A stretch of DNA of 64,000 bases from a virus: the IMG/VR virus record IMGVR_UViG_3300028364_001588; one strand, 5' to 3'. Shown here in pieces: positions 48,964 to 59,016 of the stretch; position 1 is the stretch's first letter, and each line of letters begins with the position of its first letter. The notes under the pieces are model-generated. The model ran no database searches. It saw only the letters and a list, made by a program, of their open reading frames with translations, and was not told the origin of the DNA. A program made the translations under genes and the position numbers.

Positions 48964-50439
48964 TTATTTTAATTTAGCATTAATACATTCTTGAATCTTC
49001 TTAGCAGATTTAGCTCCAATACCTTTAAGAATAGTAAAATCTTCTATCTTTTTCAAGTTACCATAGTTAGTAATATCATTGTTAGCAAGAGCTTTTATGA
49101 TTTTAGCGTCATCAATTATATTCTCAACCTTGGTATTTGCTCTGATTGTTTTCTTCTTTTCTTTTAAAACAACATCTGAAGGTTCTCTCTCATCTGATTC
49201 GATGTTATCAAAACTTTCTTTTTTAAACGACTTATTAAAACGAAGCCTCTCTTTTGTTTCAATAATGTCTTTATTTTTCTTGGTTGTATTAGTTTTATTG
49301 ATTTCTTCAATCTCTCCTATATATTGTGATAAATTCATACCTACAGCATCAAGAACTTTGGCTATATCAATAATTTCTAAAAATGAACTATCAAAATTAA
49401 ACCCTCCAACGTTGAAGTCGAATTTGATTATATTGGCTCCATAAGTATAGATGTCGAGGTCTATCTCAAAATTAAGACTGAAATCGTTTACGTCCGACTT
49501 AGGTTTATCGTATGTAAATACGTAAATGTCACTATTTGCGCTAACATTTGATTTCCCAGATAAAGTCTTTCTTCTGTAGTTGATGTTTTTTTCACCTTTT
49601 CCAAGCTTATCAATTCCTTCTTTAAGTTTTCCAACAAAAAACTCTACCTCTTCTTTTCTTGCTGGAGTTAATTTGTAGTTTGTTTTAACAAAAGTCTTTG
49701 ATGCTGGGGCTGCTAAGTTAAAGCCCATTCCAGAAATGGGATTTGGAGTCAATAGATTTGACGCTGGCTTGTTGATTGCTGTCTTGATGTCGTCTTTTTT
49801 TTCTCCTCTTTTAAGTTCAGAAATCCTATCCATCAAATCACTTCTATCAGAATCTGAGGCTTTTTCTTTATTAACGAGCTCAGAAAATCTATCTTTTAAA
49901 ATACTTCCGCTACCAGAGTCTTTAGGTTTTGACTCATCGACTCTATCCACACCTTTGCCCGCTATGCTCTTGCTTTCATATAAGTCATCAAGCTCATCCA
50001 TAGGAGATTTTATTCTCTCTTTAAAAAGCTCTTTTTTATTTCCAGTAACAAACCTGCTCATTCTATCAACATCAAATTTGAATCCTCTGTACTCAAAGAT
50101 TCTACCTGGCTCGTATGGTAGCGTATCTAAGTCGTCTTCTTTTGACTTTCTCTTATCTTCTTTGCTTGATTCTTTTGTTATCGACTCTATGTCTTCTGAG
50201 TTAGTATTGATTCCGTGTTCAAAAACTGTCTCAACTATTTCTAATTCTTCTTTTTTTATTTTCTTACTTTTTGTTGCGAACATATCTTTTCGCAATTCTT
50301 TAAGAATTTGTTTTTTAAGTTTTTTGATTTCCTTCTTAGAGGTACCATAAAGCTCCTTAACAACCGATGCTTGAATTTCAGCTTCAATTTGTTTTTTAGC
50401 ATTGTTTTTAATGCCTTCGATTAATTTTTGTTTTCCCAT
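48964..50439 (-). CDS. hypothetical protein with C-terminal helix-hairpin-helix
   Basis: LKGIGAKSAKKI. Confidence 0.6.
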   Translation of the reverse strand: MGKQKLIEGIKNNAKKQIEAEIQASVVKELYGTSKKEIKKLKKQILKELRKDMFATKSKKIKKEELEIVETVFEHGINTNSEDIESITKESSKEDKRKSKEDDLDTLPYEPGRIFEYRGFKFDVDRMSRFVTGNKKELFKERIKSPMDELDDLYESKSIAGKGVDRVDESKPKDSGSGSILKDRFSELVNKEKASDSDRSDLMDRISELKRGEKKDDIKTAINKPASNLLTPNPISGMGFNLAAPASKTFVKTNYKLTPARKEEVEFFVGKLKEGIDKLGKGEKNINYRRKTLSGKSNVSANSDIYVFTYDKPKSDVNDFSLNFEIDLDIYTYGANIIKFDFNVGGFNFDSSFLEIIDIAKVLDAVGMNLSQYIGEIEEINKTNTTKKNKDIIETKERLRFNKSFKKESFDNIESDEREPSDVVLKEKKKTIRANTKVENIIDDAKIIKALANNDITNYGNLKKIEDFTILKGIGAKSAKKIQECINAKLK

Positions 50440-50444
50440 TATTT

Positions 50445-51359
50445 CTATTTGTTTTCAGTTTTGTAATCAAGCAATATTTGTTTGTCTTGATTTTTGTTAT
50501 TATTACACAGAGGGTGTCTTCCTCCTTTAAATTTGCAAAACATACATCCGAGAAACTCGTTTCCTGTATGCTTTATTTTTGGAAATCTTTTATTAATATG
50601 AATACTCTCAACTGTTTCTGCCAGCTTTTCAAGTGATTCGTAAATTTCTTCTTTAGTTGAATTTACTTCTACGAACTGAATTCCTCCAGTACCAGACTCA
50701 GGTTTTTTTTTGTTCTTAAGTCTGTTTAGAACAATGTATTCACAACCAATGTCATCAAGATTAATTTCATTTTTTCTTGCCCAGAAGTATTTATAAAATC
50801 TCATTTGCGCAAGAAAGGCTTCGTCAGCCATTTTCTTTTTTACATTCCACTTCTGGCCAGATGTCTTCCAGTCGATTATAACATACCTCCCAGTCTCTCT
50901 ATCTTGAACTACAAGGTCTATAAACCCCTTAAAGTAGAACTCTCCGTATACGTGCTCAAACAAAGGTTCTTCTACTGATATTATTTTGTATTTTTTAATA
51001 ATATCCTCAACAGACAAAGCATTTAGCAGCTCTTCTCCCTGCTGAAGGAACTCGTTAAGCTCTTGTTGGAAACCTGGTTCATCTTTCATGTTGTCAAGCA
51101 TGTCTTTTGTAAAGGTTCTTTTAAAGAAATCAACCCTTCTCTTTAACCCAACTGATTCTTTTAAAGTTTTTTCGAGAGCAGCATGCATAGCATTTCCGAA
51201 AAACAAATGCACAGTCATTGACTGCTCTGTTAGTTTCAGATGCTTCTCAACCAGATGTCGATGACCACATTGGTTAAACAGGTTGAACTCACTAAAGCTA
51301 ATATGAATTTTATTAGCATATTTAGTATTAAGCGCTGTATAGTTTGAATCCTTGTTCAT
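50445..51359 (-). CDS. PD-(D/E)xK RecB/Cas4-like exonuclease
   Basis: SFS....F.QC, FGNAMH..LE, GFIDL, IIDWKT, QMRFY, CMFC...C. Confidence 0.85.
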   Translation of the reverse strand: MNKDSNYTALNTKYANKIHISFSEFNLFNQCGHRHLVEKHLKLTEQSMTVHLFFGNAMHAALEKTLKESVGLKRRVDFFKRTFTKDMLDNMKDEPGFQQELNEFLQQGEELLNALSVEDIIKKYKIISVEEPLFEHVYGEFYFKGFIDLVVQDRETGRYVIIDWKTSGQKWNVKKKMADEAFLAQMRFYKYFWARKNEINLDDIGCEYIVLNRLKNKKKPESGTGGIQFVEVNSTKEEIYESLEKLAETVESIHINKRFPKIKHTGNEFLGCMFCKFKGGRHPLCNNNKNQDKQILLDYKTENK

Positions 51360-51434
51360 TTTTATTAGCGGGTTTTACTAAATAGAAGAAAAAAATAGCT
51401 AAAAATCAAAAATTTAGAAGATTTTTATTGAATT

Positions 51435-52145
51435 ATGGCAAATTTAACTGAATCATACATAAGGGGGTTAATTCGAGAAATACTATCGGAGACTCTAATT
51501 TTAGAAATTTCTGCAGAAGAAAAGACTAAAGTTATGGCTAAAAGTAACGAAAGAGTTCCTTTTAATAGAGAATTGGTGAAGCAAGCTATTCTTCAAGGTC
51601 GTGAGATTGGTATGAACTTTCAAACAAACAACGAAAAAACAAGAATGCCAGTAGCCAAGGCGAGGATTATTCATCCTGTTGCGATGGGTACTGACAAAAA
51701 TGGAAATCTGGTAATAAGAGGCCTTCACATAACTGGACAATCTGAAAAGGCAGCAAGAGCCACTGGCGTTAGGAGTGCAGAGGCAGAAGCAGAGAAAGAT
51801 GGCATCAATGCATGGAGATTATTTAGAGGAGAAAATGTAAGGTCTATGTGGTTTACAGATAGATTTTTTAGTGATAGCATTCCTGGGTTTAATCCGAACG
51901 ATAGCGCTATGACTTCTAAGTATGCTGTTTATAGCCCATCTGTAGCTAAAGCGTATCAAGATAGCCTTGTTGCTCAATCTAAAGAAGCAGAACTTGATGC
52001 TAAGCCAGAGATTAAACCACAGCAACCAGAACCTCAACAACAAAAGCAGGCGCAGAGCCAATTCAATAAAGATATTGAGCAAATGGGATATGAGGACCAG
52101 CCAATTCAAGAAAAAAAGAAGAATATTAGGAACTTCTTTAGATAA
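51435..52145 (+). CDS. WYL-like domain protein with leader
   Basis: LTESYIRGLIREILSE; RIIHPVAMG...GNLVIRG...G.S...WRLFR. Confidence 0.55.
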   Translation: MANLTESYIRGLIREILSETLILEISAEEKTKVMAKSNERVPFNRELVKQAILQGREIGMNFQTNNEKTRMPVAKARIIHPVAMGTDKNGNLVIRGLHITGQSEKAARATGVRSAEAEAEKDGINAWRLFRGENVRSMWFTDRFFSDSIPGFNPNDSAMTSKYAVYSPSVAKAYQDSLVAQSKEAELDAKPEIKPQQPEPQQQKQAQSQFNKDIEQMGYEDQPIQEKKKNIRNFFR

Positions 52146-52156
52146 TTTTCGTATAA
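52131..52156 (+). promoter_or_regulatory. ECF-type promoter
   Basis: AAC-N16-CGTATAA upstream of 52164. Confidence 0.5.
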
Positions 52157-52163
52157 TTGATAT

Positions 52164-52523
52164 ATGAAAAGAATAAAGGTCTTAATTCGATACAGAGTTA
52201 AGAGAATTCGAATACTTATTATAAAGTTTAATAGAGCCTTCAAAAGAGAGTCTAAAGAAACTGTTGTTGCCGCAAAAATACTTAGAAAACTAATTAGAGA
52301 CGAAAGTAGCGTAAGCAAAGAGGAGATAAAGTTTCTTAAAAATCAAGGAGCAGACCTTGGAAAGGCTGCAGGGCTTCTTGGTCTTCAATTAGTACCTGGC
52401 TCAAGTCTTGGCATTATAGCTATTGAGAAAATAGGGAAAAAGAAAGGGTTTACATTATTTCCAAAAGAGCATGAATTACCAGAAGGTCATAAACCTATTC
52501 CTCCGAAAGATTCTGCCCCTTAG
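52164..52523 (+). CDS. LETM1-like small protein
   Basis: EE...LK.Q..DL.K...L.....VPG......LFP pattern. Confidence 0.4.
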   Translation: MKRIKVLIRYRVKRIRILIIKFNRAFKRESKETVVAAKILRKLIRDESSVSKEEIKFLKNQGADLGKAAGLLGLQLVPGSSLGIIAIEKIGKKKGFTLFPKEHELPEGHKPIPPKDSAP

Positions 52524-53046
52524 ATTCTGCAATAACTTTTTTAGCTTCCTCTTCTTGTTTTTTAACTCTTTCTTTCTCTTTGTTTGATTCTTTTAGAATT
52601 TTGTCAGCTTTTTCTTTGAGAGTATACAGATTTACTGACGTGTGCGCATTTGTTCTCCACGATTCATGCAAAACATCTTTACTTGTGATTCTCAAATGAA
52701 ACAAATGTATACCACGACTAATTTTAAACAAAGAAGCGTCATTGTATTCTCCGATGTAGTTTAACCCTTTTCCGTCTGGGTTTGACCAAGCAACCATGTG
52801 AGTTGTGTCAATTTCATCAACCTTTGGTTTTTTAGCCTCTTCCTTCTCAAGTCTTCTAAGTTTTCTCTCAATCTTCTTCTTAGCTTCTTGTTTTAAAGCT
52901 TCCTCTTTGGCTTTTAGCTCTTTCTTGGCATCTTCTTCCGCTCGCCTATCTTCTCTTTGTCCAGACTCTTTAATTGCTGCCATAGCTTCTCTTGCGAGTT
53001 CGTCAATAGACTTCTCTCTATCTGGTTTGTTGTTTTTATCTTCCAT
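52495..53046 (-). CDS. hypothetical charged protein
   Basis: 183 aa ORF after sbcC. Confidence 0.6.
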   Translation of the reverse strand: MEDKNNKPDREKSIDELAREAMAAIKESGQREDRRAEEDAKKELKAKEEALKQEAKKKIERKLRRLEKEEAKKPKVDEIDTTHMVAWSNPDGKGLNYIGEYNDASLFKISRGIHLFHLRITSKDVLHESWRTNAHTSVNLYTLKEKADKILKESNKEKERVKKQEEEAKKVIAESKGQNLSEE

Positions 53047-55871
53047 TATGTTATTGTAACTTGAGAAACCCCAGCTTTAGGATTATTGTCGAGGACTTCT
53101 TGGCTTAAATTACCTGGAGTCTTAACAACTTCTATAATGTTGTCTGCAAAATCCTTAATCTCGTTTCTATGAGTAATAATCATTACGTTTTTATACTTAT
53201 TACGTAAATAATTCAAAATATTAACAACACCCATCGTAAGCTCATCATCAAGCGTTCCAAACCCTTCGTCAATAATTCTTATAGATGGCTTTGTAAGCCT
53301 ACTCATGTATCTAAGAGCTTCTGTGATAACAATAGATGCAATGAACTTTTGAGAACCAGAAGCAGAGGCTAAAGGAAGTGCATCACTCTTATCTTCGCTA
53401 AAGAAGAATGTTTCTATAATATCTCCGTTAGAAAGAATTTCAAGTTCAATCTTAAAATCAACAACCTCTTGAAGGATGGAGTTTATTTTTCCATTTATGA
53501 TTGGCAACTTTTTTCTAATTATAGAAGCAGGGATTCCATCCTTATGCACAGCCTGCAGGTATATAGAGTATTTTTTAAACAATTTTTCAGAATTTTTAAT
53601 ATCCTTAAGTTTGTCTCCAAAGTTCTCTTTATTATTCTCAAGCACTTTTGATTCACCAAAAGCTATGTTTATATTTTTATCTAAATTGAATATCGCCAGT
53701 TTGTAGGTTTTGTTCAACTCAACCTTAGAGTCAATATCTTCTTGAATCTTTTCATTGTTTTTTATCTTATCTTTGTTTGCTTCGAATTTAGCAATCTTCT
53801 CATTTAGAATTTTAACTTTGTTGTTATCGTTTTCAACTAATGACTTTTTGCTTTTTAACAAAACTGTCTGGTCTTCAACTTTTGCGTTGTGTTCTATAAT
53901 GTCTTTTGAGTTGTTGATTAGGTCTATTTTATCCTGCAGCAATTTAGCGCCATCTTTCTTTATAGAAATAGATTGCTCTGCCATAGTTATTCTCTCCTTA
54001 GAAGTAATTATCTTATCATTATGAGCAATAACAGCTTTAGCGTCTTCTATGCTCTTAGCTTTGTGGTCTATAAGTTCTGTGTTGATTTTAATATCCTCAA
54101 GACATACTTCTTCTTTTTCTGGGTCAGCCTTTTTATGAACATTACCACATGTAGGGCAGCTTTTTCCTTGAAATGTTGGTAGTTGAGTTTTTAACGCAGA
54201 TACTTTTTCTTTAAGCTCATTTATTGCCTCTGAGTAACCAGTGGTGTCTATTTCTTTTTTTTCTGGATTATCTTTAACCCAACCTTTCAAAGTGCTTAGT
54301 GTAGATTCTATAGATTTAATTGCTGAGTTTTCAGCATTTAATTTTATCTGCAAACTATTCACAGTCTCGCCTTCTTTAAAAGGAAGTTCTTTTTTGAAAT
54401 TAATCGACAACCATTCTTCTGTCTTCGTGATAATTTCTTCATTTACTTTTATAGAATTCTCAAGGTAGGTGATTTCATTCTTAGACTCTTCTGTATTCTT
54501 AATGCCAGGGTCCTCAACTTTTTCAAGCTTCTTAGTAAGCTCTATAATATCATCACTAACATCGTTGTATTTTGCTTCAGACAAAACTTTTTCTTCTTTA
54601 AAAGATTCAAGTTCTTTGTTTTTGTCTTTAATCTCAACTTCAATATCTTTTATTTTATCTTCTATTTCAATAGTGTTACCAAGGTCTTTCTGTTTTCTCT
54701 TTACATCATTAAAAAAACTCTTTGCATAATCATGCCTTATCTTATAAGTCTCCAGGCCAAAAAATCTACTGATTAGATTGTTTTTAGGCTGTTGCTGCTG
54801 ACTTATATAATCACCATCCCCACCTTGAGCTTGCAGAGATGTTTTTGTAAAGTCTTCAAAAGAACCTATTGCATCTTTTACAAGTTGCTGAACCTCTTTT
54901 TGTTCTGCAGTTTTTCTATCAGAAATTTTGTCTTCCCATTTTTCTCCAACAACAACTCCGTCATCATCGTATTCAGTTACAAGCTTTTCATATTTTGTCT
55001 TAAAGGTGTTTTTTCCACCATTATTAGTAATCTGTCTATTGATTCTAAACTTATCTCCATTAATCGTAAGGTACAATTTAACATATCCAGTATTGGAATC
55101 GGTATAAATGTTTACGAGATATTTGGAACTGCTTTGATTGCCTCCTATAATCTCTTTGTAGAGGCCCCAGACGATAGCTTTTATTACATTGGACTTACCA
55201 TTAAAGTTTCTTCCAAAAATCCCTGTAAGCCCCCTTGTTTGGTCAAAATCAATTACGACAGGTTTTTTATCAAAAGAAAGAACGTTACTGATTTCAATTT
55301 TATTCAAATCCCAGTCATCAATAAGGTTAAGCTGATTCTCATCAATTTCAAGAGTTGTATCGACTTCTCTTGAGAATTCAATAAGGTCTTTCATAAGGTC
55401 TTTGTCTATGTCTGCTTCAGATTCGTTAACCCACTCTTCAAACATGTCTTCGAAAGTGAAATGTTCAAAATCCTCTTGCTCACCGATGTCAGCAATATCT
55501 CTTCTTATTTCTTTAAACTCAACCCTTACGCTTTCGCACTTATATTTATCTTTTACAAGTCTTTTAATTTGATTCTCTTTCTCAACAGAATAATTTTCTT
55601 CATAATCTTCCCAAGTGATATAGACTTTCGTCTTCCTCTTGTTATTGCTGAATTTGATAAAATCAACTCTTTCCTCAACGTCTTCACCTCTGGCAATGTC
55701 AATTTTAGCAAAACCATAATCGTTCATGACATACTTTCTCTCATGTTCAAAAGTATCAGTGTTCCACATAAGATAGCCTTTATCAATTGATTCACCGAAG
55801 TTTTGTTGAATTAAACTCCCTGAGTAACAGGCAGTTGGAGATTTTCTTCTTATTCTAATTTTTTTTCCCAT
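53046..55871 (-). CDS. sbcC: SbcD C-terminal part fused to SbcC/Rad50 ATPase
   Basis: YSGSLIQQNFGE; GRNFNGKS Walker A; CPTC hook; ASGSQ signature; IIDEGFG; ITH. Confidence 0.9.
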   Translation of the reverse strand: MGKKIRIRRKSPTACYSGSLIQQNFGESIDKGYLMWNTDTFEHERKYVMNDYGFAKIDIARGEDVEERVDFIKFSNNKRKTKVYITWEDYEENYSVEKENQIKRLVKDKYKCESVRVEFKEIRRDIADIGEQEDFEHFTFEDMFEEWVNESEADIDKDLMKDLIEFSREVDTTLEIDENQLNLIDDWDLNKIEISNVLSFDKKPVVIDFDQTRGLTGIFGRNFNGKSNVIKAIVWGLYKEIIGGNQSSSKYLVNIYTDSNTGYVKLYLTINGDKFRINRQITNNGGKNTFKTKYEKLVTEYDDDGVVVGEKWEDKISDRKTAEQKEVQQLVKDAIGSFEDFTKTSLQAQGGDGDYISQQQQPKNNLISRFFGLETYKIRHDYAKSFFNDVKRKQKDLGNTIEIEDKIKDIEVEIKDKNKELESFKEEKVLSEAKYNDVSDDIIELTKKLEKVEDPGIKNTEESKNEITYLENSIKVNEEIITKTEEWLSINFKKELPFKEGETVNSLQIKLNAENSAIKSIESTLSTLKGWVKDNPEKKEIDTTGYSEAINELKEKVSALKTQLPTFQGKSCPTCGNVHKKADPEKEEVCLEDIKINTELIDHKAKSIEDAKAVIAHNDKIITSKERITMAEQSISIKKDGAKLLQDKIDLINNSKDIIEHNAKVEDQTVLLKSKKSLVENDNNKVKILNEKIAKFEANKDKIKNNEKIQEDIDSKVELNKTYKLAIFNLDKNINIAFGESKVLENNKENFGDKLKDIKNSEKLFKKYSIYLQAVHKDGIPASIIRKKLPIINGKINSILQEVVDFKIELEILSNGDIIETFFFSEDKSDALPLASASGSQKFIASIVITEALRYMSRLTKPSIRIIDEGFGTLDDELTMGVVNILNYLRNKYKNVMIITHRNEIKDFADNIIEVVKTPGNLSQEVLDNNPKAGVSQVTIT

Positions 55872-55922
55872 CTATTTATTTCTTCTAATAATTTAGTTTC
55901 AAAATCATTTTCTTTTATCTCA

Positions 55923-56297
55923 TTACCCCCAGAATCTAACTAAATTATAACCATTTTCTTTGGCTAATTTATTTTTAAACTTATCATTTTCAACATTTAT
56001 CACTTGAGTTTCATTTAAAGTTTTATACAACTTAGGATGTCCATGCCAGTAATCTCCATCTGCTTCAATTAATAAATTATATTCTGGTAAGTAAAGGTCA
56101 TAAATTTTATATTTAATATCATCAAAATAAACGTAAAAAGACTTTTCAAATTCAATATTATTATCATTAAGTAATTCGCCAAACATTGGCTTTTTGCCTT
56201 CAAACTGCTTTACCATATCACTTAATACTTCTGGAGAATATGTTCTTCCATTCAAATTTTCTTTATTAGCAATAGCTAAAATACCTTCTATTTTCAT
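55923..56297 (-). mobile_element. chimeric ORF: prohead-protease-like N-terminus + DUF559/Vsr-like endonuclease
   Basis: IEGIL...N.NGR.Y..EVL...GEL then YDLYLP...IEADGDYWHG...VRFW; probable frameshift in G5 at the 3' end. Confidence 0.6.
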
Positions 56298-56301
56298 AAT
56301 T

Positions 56302-57027
56302 CTATTCTTTTACAATTTCCCATCCTTCTGATTCATAATCTTCAAACTCATCTTCATCAATCAATTTTTCTTCCCATCTATCGAATGTTTGATACTCATG
56401 AATATCTCCAAGCATTACCATGTCGAAATTATTGAACGTGCTGAGGCGCATAAGATTGTCTCCATGCATCTCATATCCATTATCACCTCTTGAGCCAAAT
56501 ACGGTACCGTGATACATTGCAATATATTTCTTGCCTGGCTCCTTTTTTTCTAAACTTAGAATTTCATTATCCTTACAAGAATAGATTCCATAAACCAACT
56601 CATCACCAATATTGTAAAACCCTGAGTCAGGAAAATAGTAAACAGCATTTTGACTATAATCTATTGAATCTTTGTTGTCATTTGTTACAACATGGGCTCT
56701 TTTTTTGTCACCATCTTCAATCATGTTTGCAAGATGAAATATTGGAGAAATAGCATCTCCCTGCTCAAGCTGTTGCAAGTTGAGGTCATGGTTTCCCAAA
56801 ATAACATCTGTAGGAGCAATCTTAGCAAGGTTCAACAAAAACTCTGCTAATAAGTTAAATGAACCAGGTGACATGTTAATTTTATGATGCACAAGGTCTC
56901 CAGCTACATAAATCCTATCTGGCTTCTGATTTATAAGGTCTTCATTCAATCTTTCGAATACGCTTCTGTACTCTTCATGTCTGGTTCCAAATCTTATTTG
57001 TATATCTGCTAAGTGAGCTATCTTCAT
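56302..57027 (-). CDS. sbcD: SbcD/Mre11 nuclease, N-terminal fragment
   Basis: HLADIQ, AGDLVH, GNHD, YHG, LGDIH, then acidic tail and stop. Confidence 0.9.
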   Translation of the reverse strand: MKIAHLADIQIRFGTRHEEYRSVFERLNEDLINQKPDRIYVAGDLVHHKINMSPGSFNLLAEFLLNLAKIAPTDVILGNHDLNLQQLEQGDAISPIFHLANMIEDGDKKRAHVVTNDNKDSIDYSQNAVYYFPDSGFYNIGDELVYGIYSCKDNEILSLEKKEPGKKYIAMYHGTVFGSRGDNGYEMHGDNLMRLSTFNNFDMVMLGDIHEYQTFDRWEEKLIDEDEFEDYESEGWEIVKE

Positions 57028-57035
57028 TTTTGCTG

Positions 57036-58037
57036 TTATTTTAATTTTTTCTGTATCTCTAACGATAAATCAAGACGCTGAAGGTTACTGAGAGCTTTGG
57101 CTACTTCTCCCTTTCCGTGGTCTTCATATATTTTAGAAATATCTTTCTTATACGCTGTTAAATCTACATAAAAAACATCCAAACCTAAAGAGGAAAGTAA
57201 TGTATAAATTTCTACAACTTTTTTTATTGCATCATCATCAAGACATAATACAACTGTACAATTACGTTTCAATAATTCGTTAGTCAACAGTTCAGAAATC
57301 TCCTTTCCAAGAATTGGAATTGAGTTAGGAACTCGAAACATATCAAACACACCCTCAACAAGAAATACTGGCAAATCCCAATTGATGTTGGATTCGTTGA
57401 ATATGATGTCATTTTTATGAACTTCTTCTCCAGATGGTTTAATATATGGTATTTCTTTAGGGCCTGGAATGAAAGACCTCGCTTCGTAGTAATTAATTTT
57501 TCCAAGTCTATTTTTAGATGGTATTATTATCCTAAACTTTCTCGGACCATTTTCTGTGTACCCTATTTCATACTTATCTATAAAAGAAAGAGGTACTGCT
57601 CTTGTAATTGTAAGATAATCCCAAGCAAGCTTGTACATTTTTGTGCTTCTTTTCTGACCAAGAGGCAAGTATCCTTTTGGAAGCTTGCATGTAATAAGGT
57701 CGTGGTCAATTTTAGGCCTTTTCTTTTGTTGGCTCTGAAGTGTTTTTATATTCTCTCTTGGGAAAACTAAGTTAAGTTTTTTGTAATCATCTTGAGAACC
57801 ATAATCATTAACAAGAGTGTGAACATACCCAGAATATTTTGGTTCACATTTCCAACACTTAAAAGCTTTTTTTTGAGAATTATATTCAAGATTGAATTTA
57901 TCGACATCGTGACGACAGGTTGGTCCAGGACAATTGAATTGCCACTGCTTTTTATTTAAAGCGTCAGCATCACTCTTAGGGGTTCCTAAAAAGTTTTTGA
58001 GTATCTGAACTATAGTGTAATCAATATTGCCATCCAT
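57036..58037 (-). CDS. DNA primase (Zn finger + TOPRIM)
   Basis: CPGPTC...CWKC; RIIIPS; LVEGVFD; CLDDDA. Confidence 0.85.
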   Translation of the reverse strand: MDGNIDYTIVQILKNFLGTPKSDADALNKKQWQFNCPGPTCRHDVDKFNLEYNSQKKAFKCWKCEPKYSGYVHTLVNDYGSQDDYKKLNLVFPRENIKTLQSQQKKRPKIDHDLITCKLPKGYLPLGQKRSTKMYKLAWDYLTITRAVPLSFIDKYEIGYTENGPRKFRIIIPSKNRLGKINYYEARSFIPGPKEIPYIKPSGEEVHKNDIIFNESNINWDLPVFLVEGVFDMFRVPNSIPILGKEISELLTNELLKRNCTVVLCLDDDAIKKVVEIYTLLSSLGLDVFYVDLTAYKKDISKIYEDHGKGEVAKALSNLQRLDLSLEIQKKLK

Positions 58038-58081
58038 TCTGCAAATGTACAGAATAGTGTTGGATTTAGCAAAGTTTTTTA

Positions 58082-58267
58082 TTATTTAGTCAAATGATGC
58101 AAAAAGAAATCAATTTCTATTGTTTCTATAATAGAATCAACATCTCCATCTATCCAGCCTGGCACAATTAACTCAACATCATGCTTGGGACATTTTAGTA
58201 AAGCTAATTTAATTTCATCTAATGTAAAAAGTTTTTTACTCATCTTCTTGTGCCGCTTTTTGTGCAT
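58082..58267 (-). CDS. hypothetical protein
   Basis: Short ORF between resolvase and primase. Confidence 0.45.
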   Translation of the reverse strand: MHKKRHKKMSKKLFTLDEIKLALLKCPKHDVELIVPGWIDGDVDSIIETIEIDFFLHHLTK

Positions 58268-58787
58268 TCATAATATTTATATGACATATTCCTATAGTAT
58301 ACGCATCTGCCATGTCATAATTCTCTACAGATAACTTGTGGCTCTTTGTTCCGTATTTCCAAACAATGTGAGGCTCAAGGACACAAACAAGAGTCCACAC
58401 CTGGTGCTTATTCTCATTGCTTTTCTTTTTCGCCTTGTAGTCTGGGAATGCAGTTTTTCTTGCGGTGTTCACATTGTAGTGAATCGGTTCAACTCCAAAT
58501 GTATCATATACGGATGCGCTAATCATTCCATTAAAGAAATTAAGAATAGCTATTGTACTTGCGCTTGAGAATTTTCCAGCAAACTTTTTTAAAGGTTCTT
58601 CTATTACAATGTGTTGTATATCTGAGTCTTCAAGGAACTTTAGTTGTTTTTTGAACTCTTTGAGTTTTTCAAATAAAGTAAGTTTAGTACTGAACTTTAC
58701 GTAGTTCAATTCCATAAGCTCTTCACCGTCTGCGCTAAATAACGCATATCCGATACAGCTTGTTGATACATCTAATGCAAGAATCAT
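58236..58787 (-). CDS. RuvC-like Holliday junction resolvase
   Basis: ILALDVSTSCIGY, IEE, DMADAY. Confidence 0.8.
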   Translation of the reverse strand: MILALDVSTSCIGYALFSADGEELMELNYVKFSTKLTLFEKLKEFKKQLKFLEDSDIQHIVIEEPLKKFAGKFSSASTIAILNFFNGMISASVYDTFGVEPIHYNVNTARKTAFPDYKAKKKSNENKHQVWTLVCVLEPHIVWKYGTKSHKLSVENYDMADAYTIGICHINIMNAQKAAQEDE

Positions 58788-58807
58788 AATTTTGTTTTAT
58801 AAAACAT

Positions 58808-58840
58808 AAAAAAAGCCCTTGACAATATCAAGAGCTTTTT
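58808..58840 (-). terminator. intrinsic terminator
   Basis: AAAAAGC(C/T)CTTGA...TCAAG(A/G)GCTTTTT. Confidence 0.65.
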
Positions 58841-58854
58841 CAAATTTGTTATAT

Positions 58855-58995
58855 TTAGATTTGGCTTATAATCTTCTTGTTCTTCACAGCAAATACAAAT
58901 TCGCCTTGCTCACCTATGCGTCTTGAAAAATTAATGGCAGAACCTATATAAGCCCTGCCATTAATCATATTCTTTATTTTGTAAATTCCAGCCAT
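58855..58995 (-). pseudogene. GIY-YIG endonuclease remnant
   Basis: MAGIYKIKNMINGRAYIGSAINFSRR, then early stop. Confidence 0.7.
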
Positions 58996-59016
58996 AACTA
59001 ACTAATAATCAAGTCG

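Noticed and set aside
50445-51359. CRISPR-Cas system (Cas4-like nuclease)
   Set aside because: No repeat-spacer array or other cas genes seen; solo nucleases of this type are common in phages.
49079-55790. Many + strand Ser/Leu/Phe-rich ORFs here and elsewhere in the track
   Set aside because: Antisense shadows of Lys/Glu-rich real genes.
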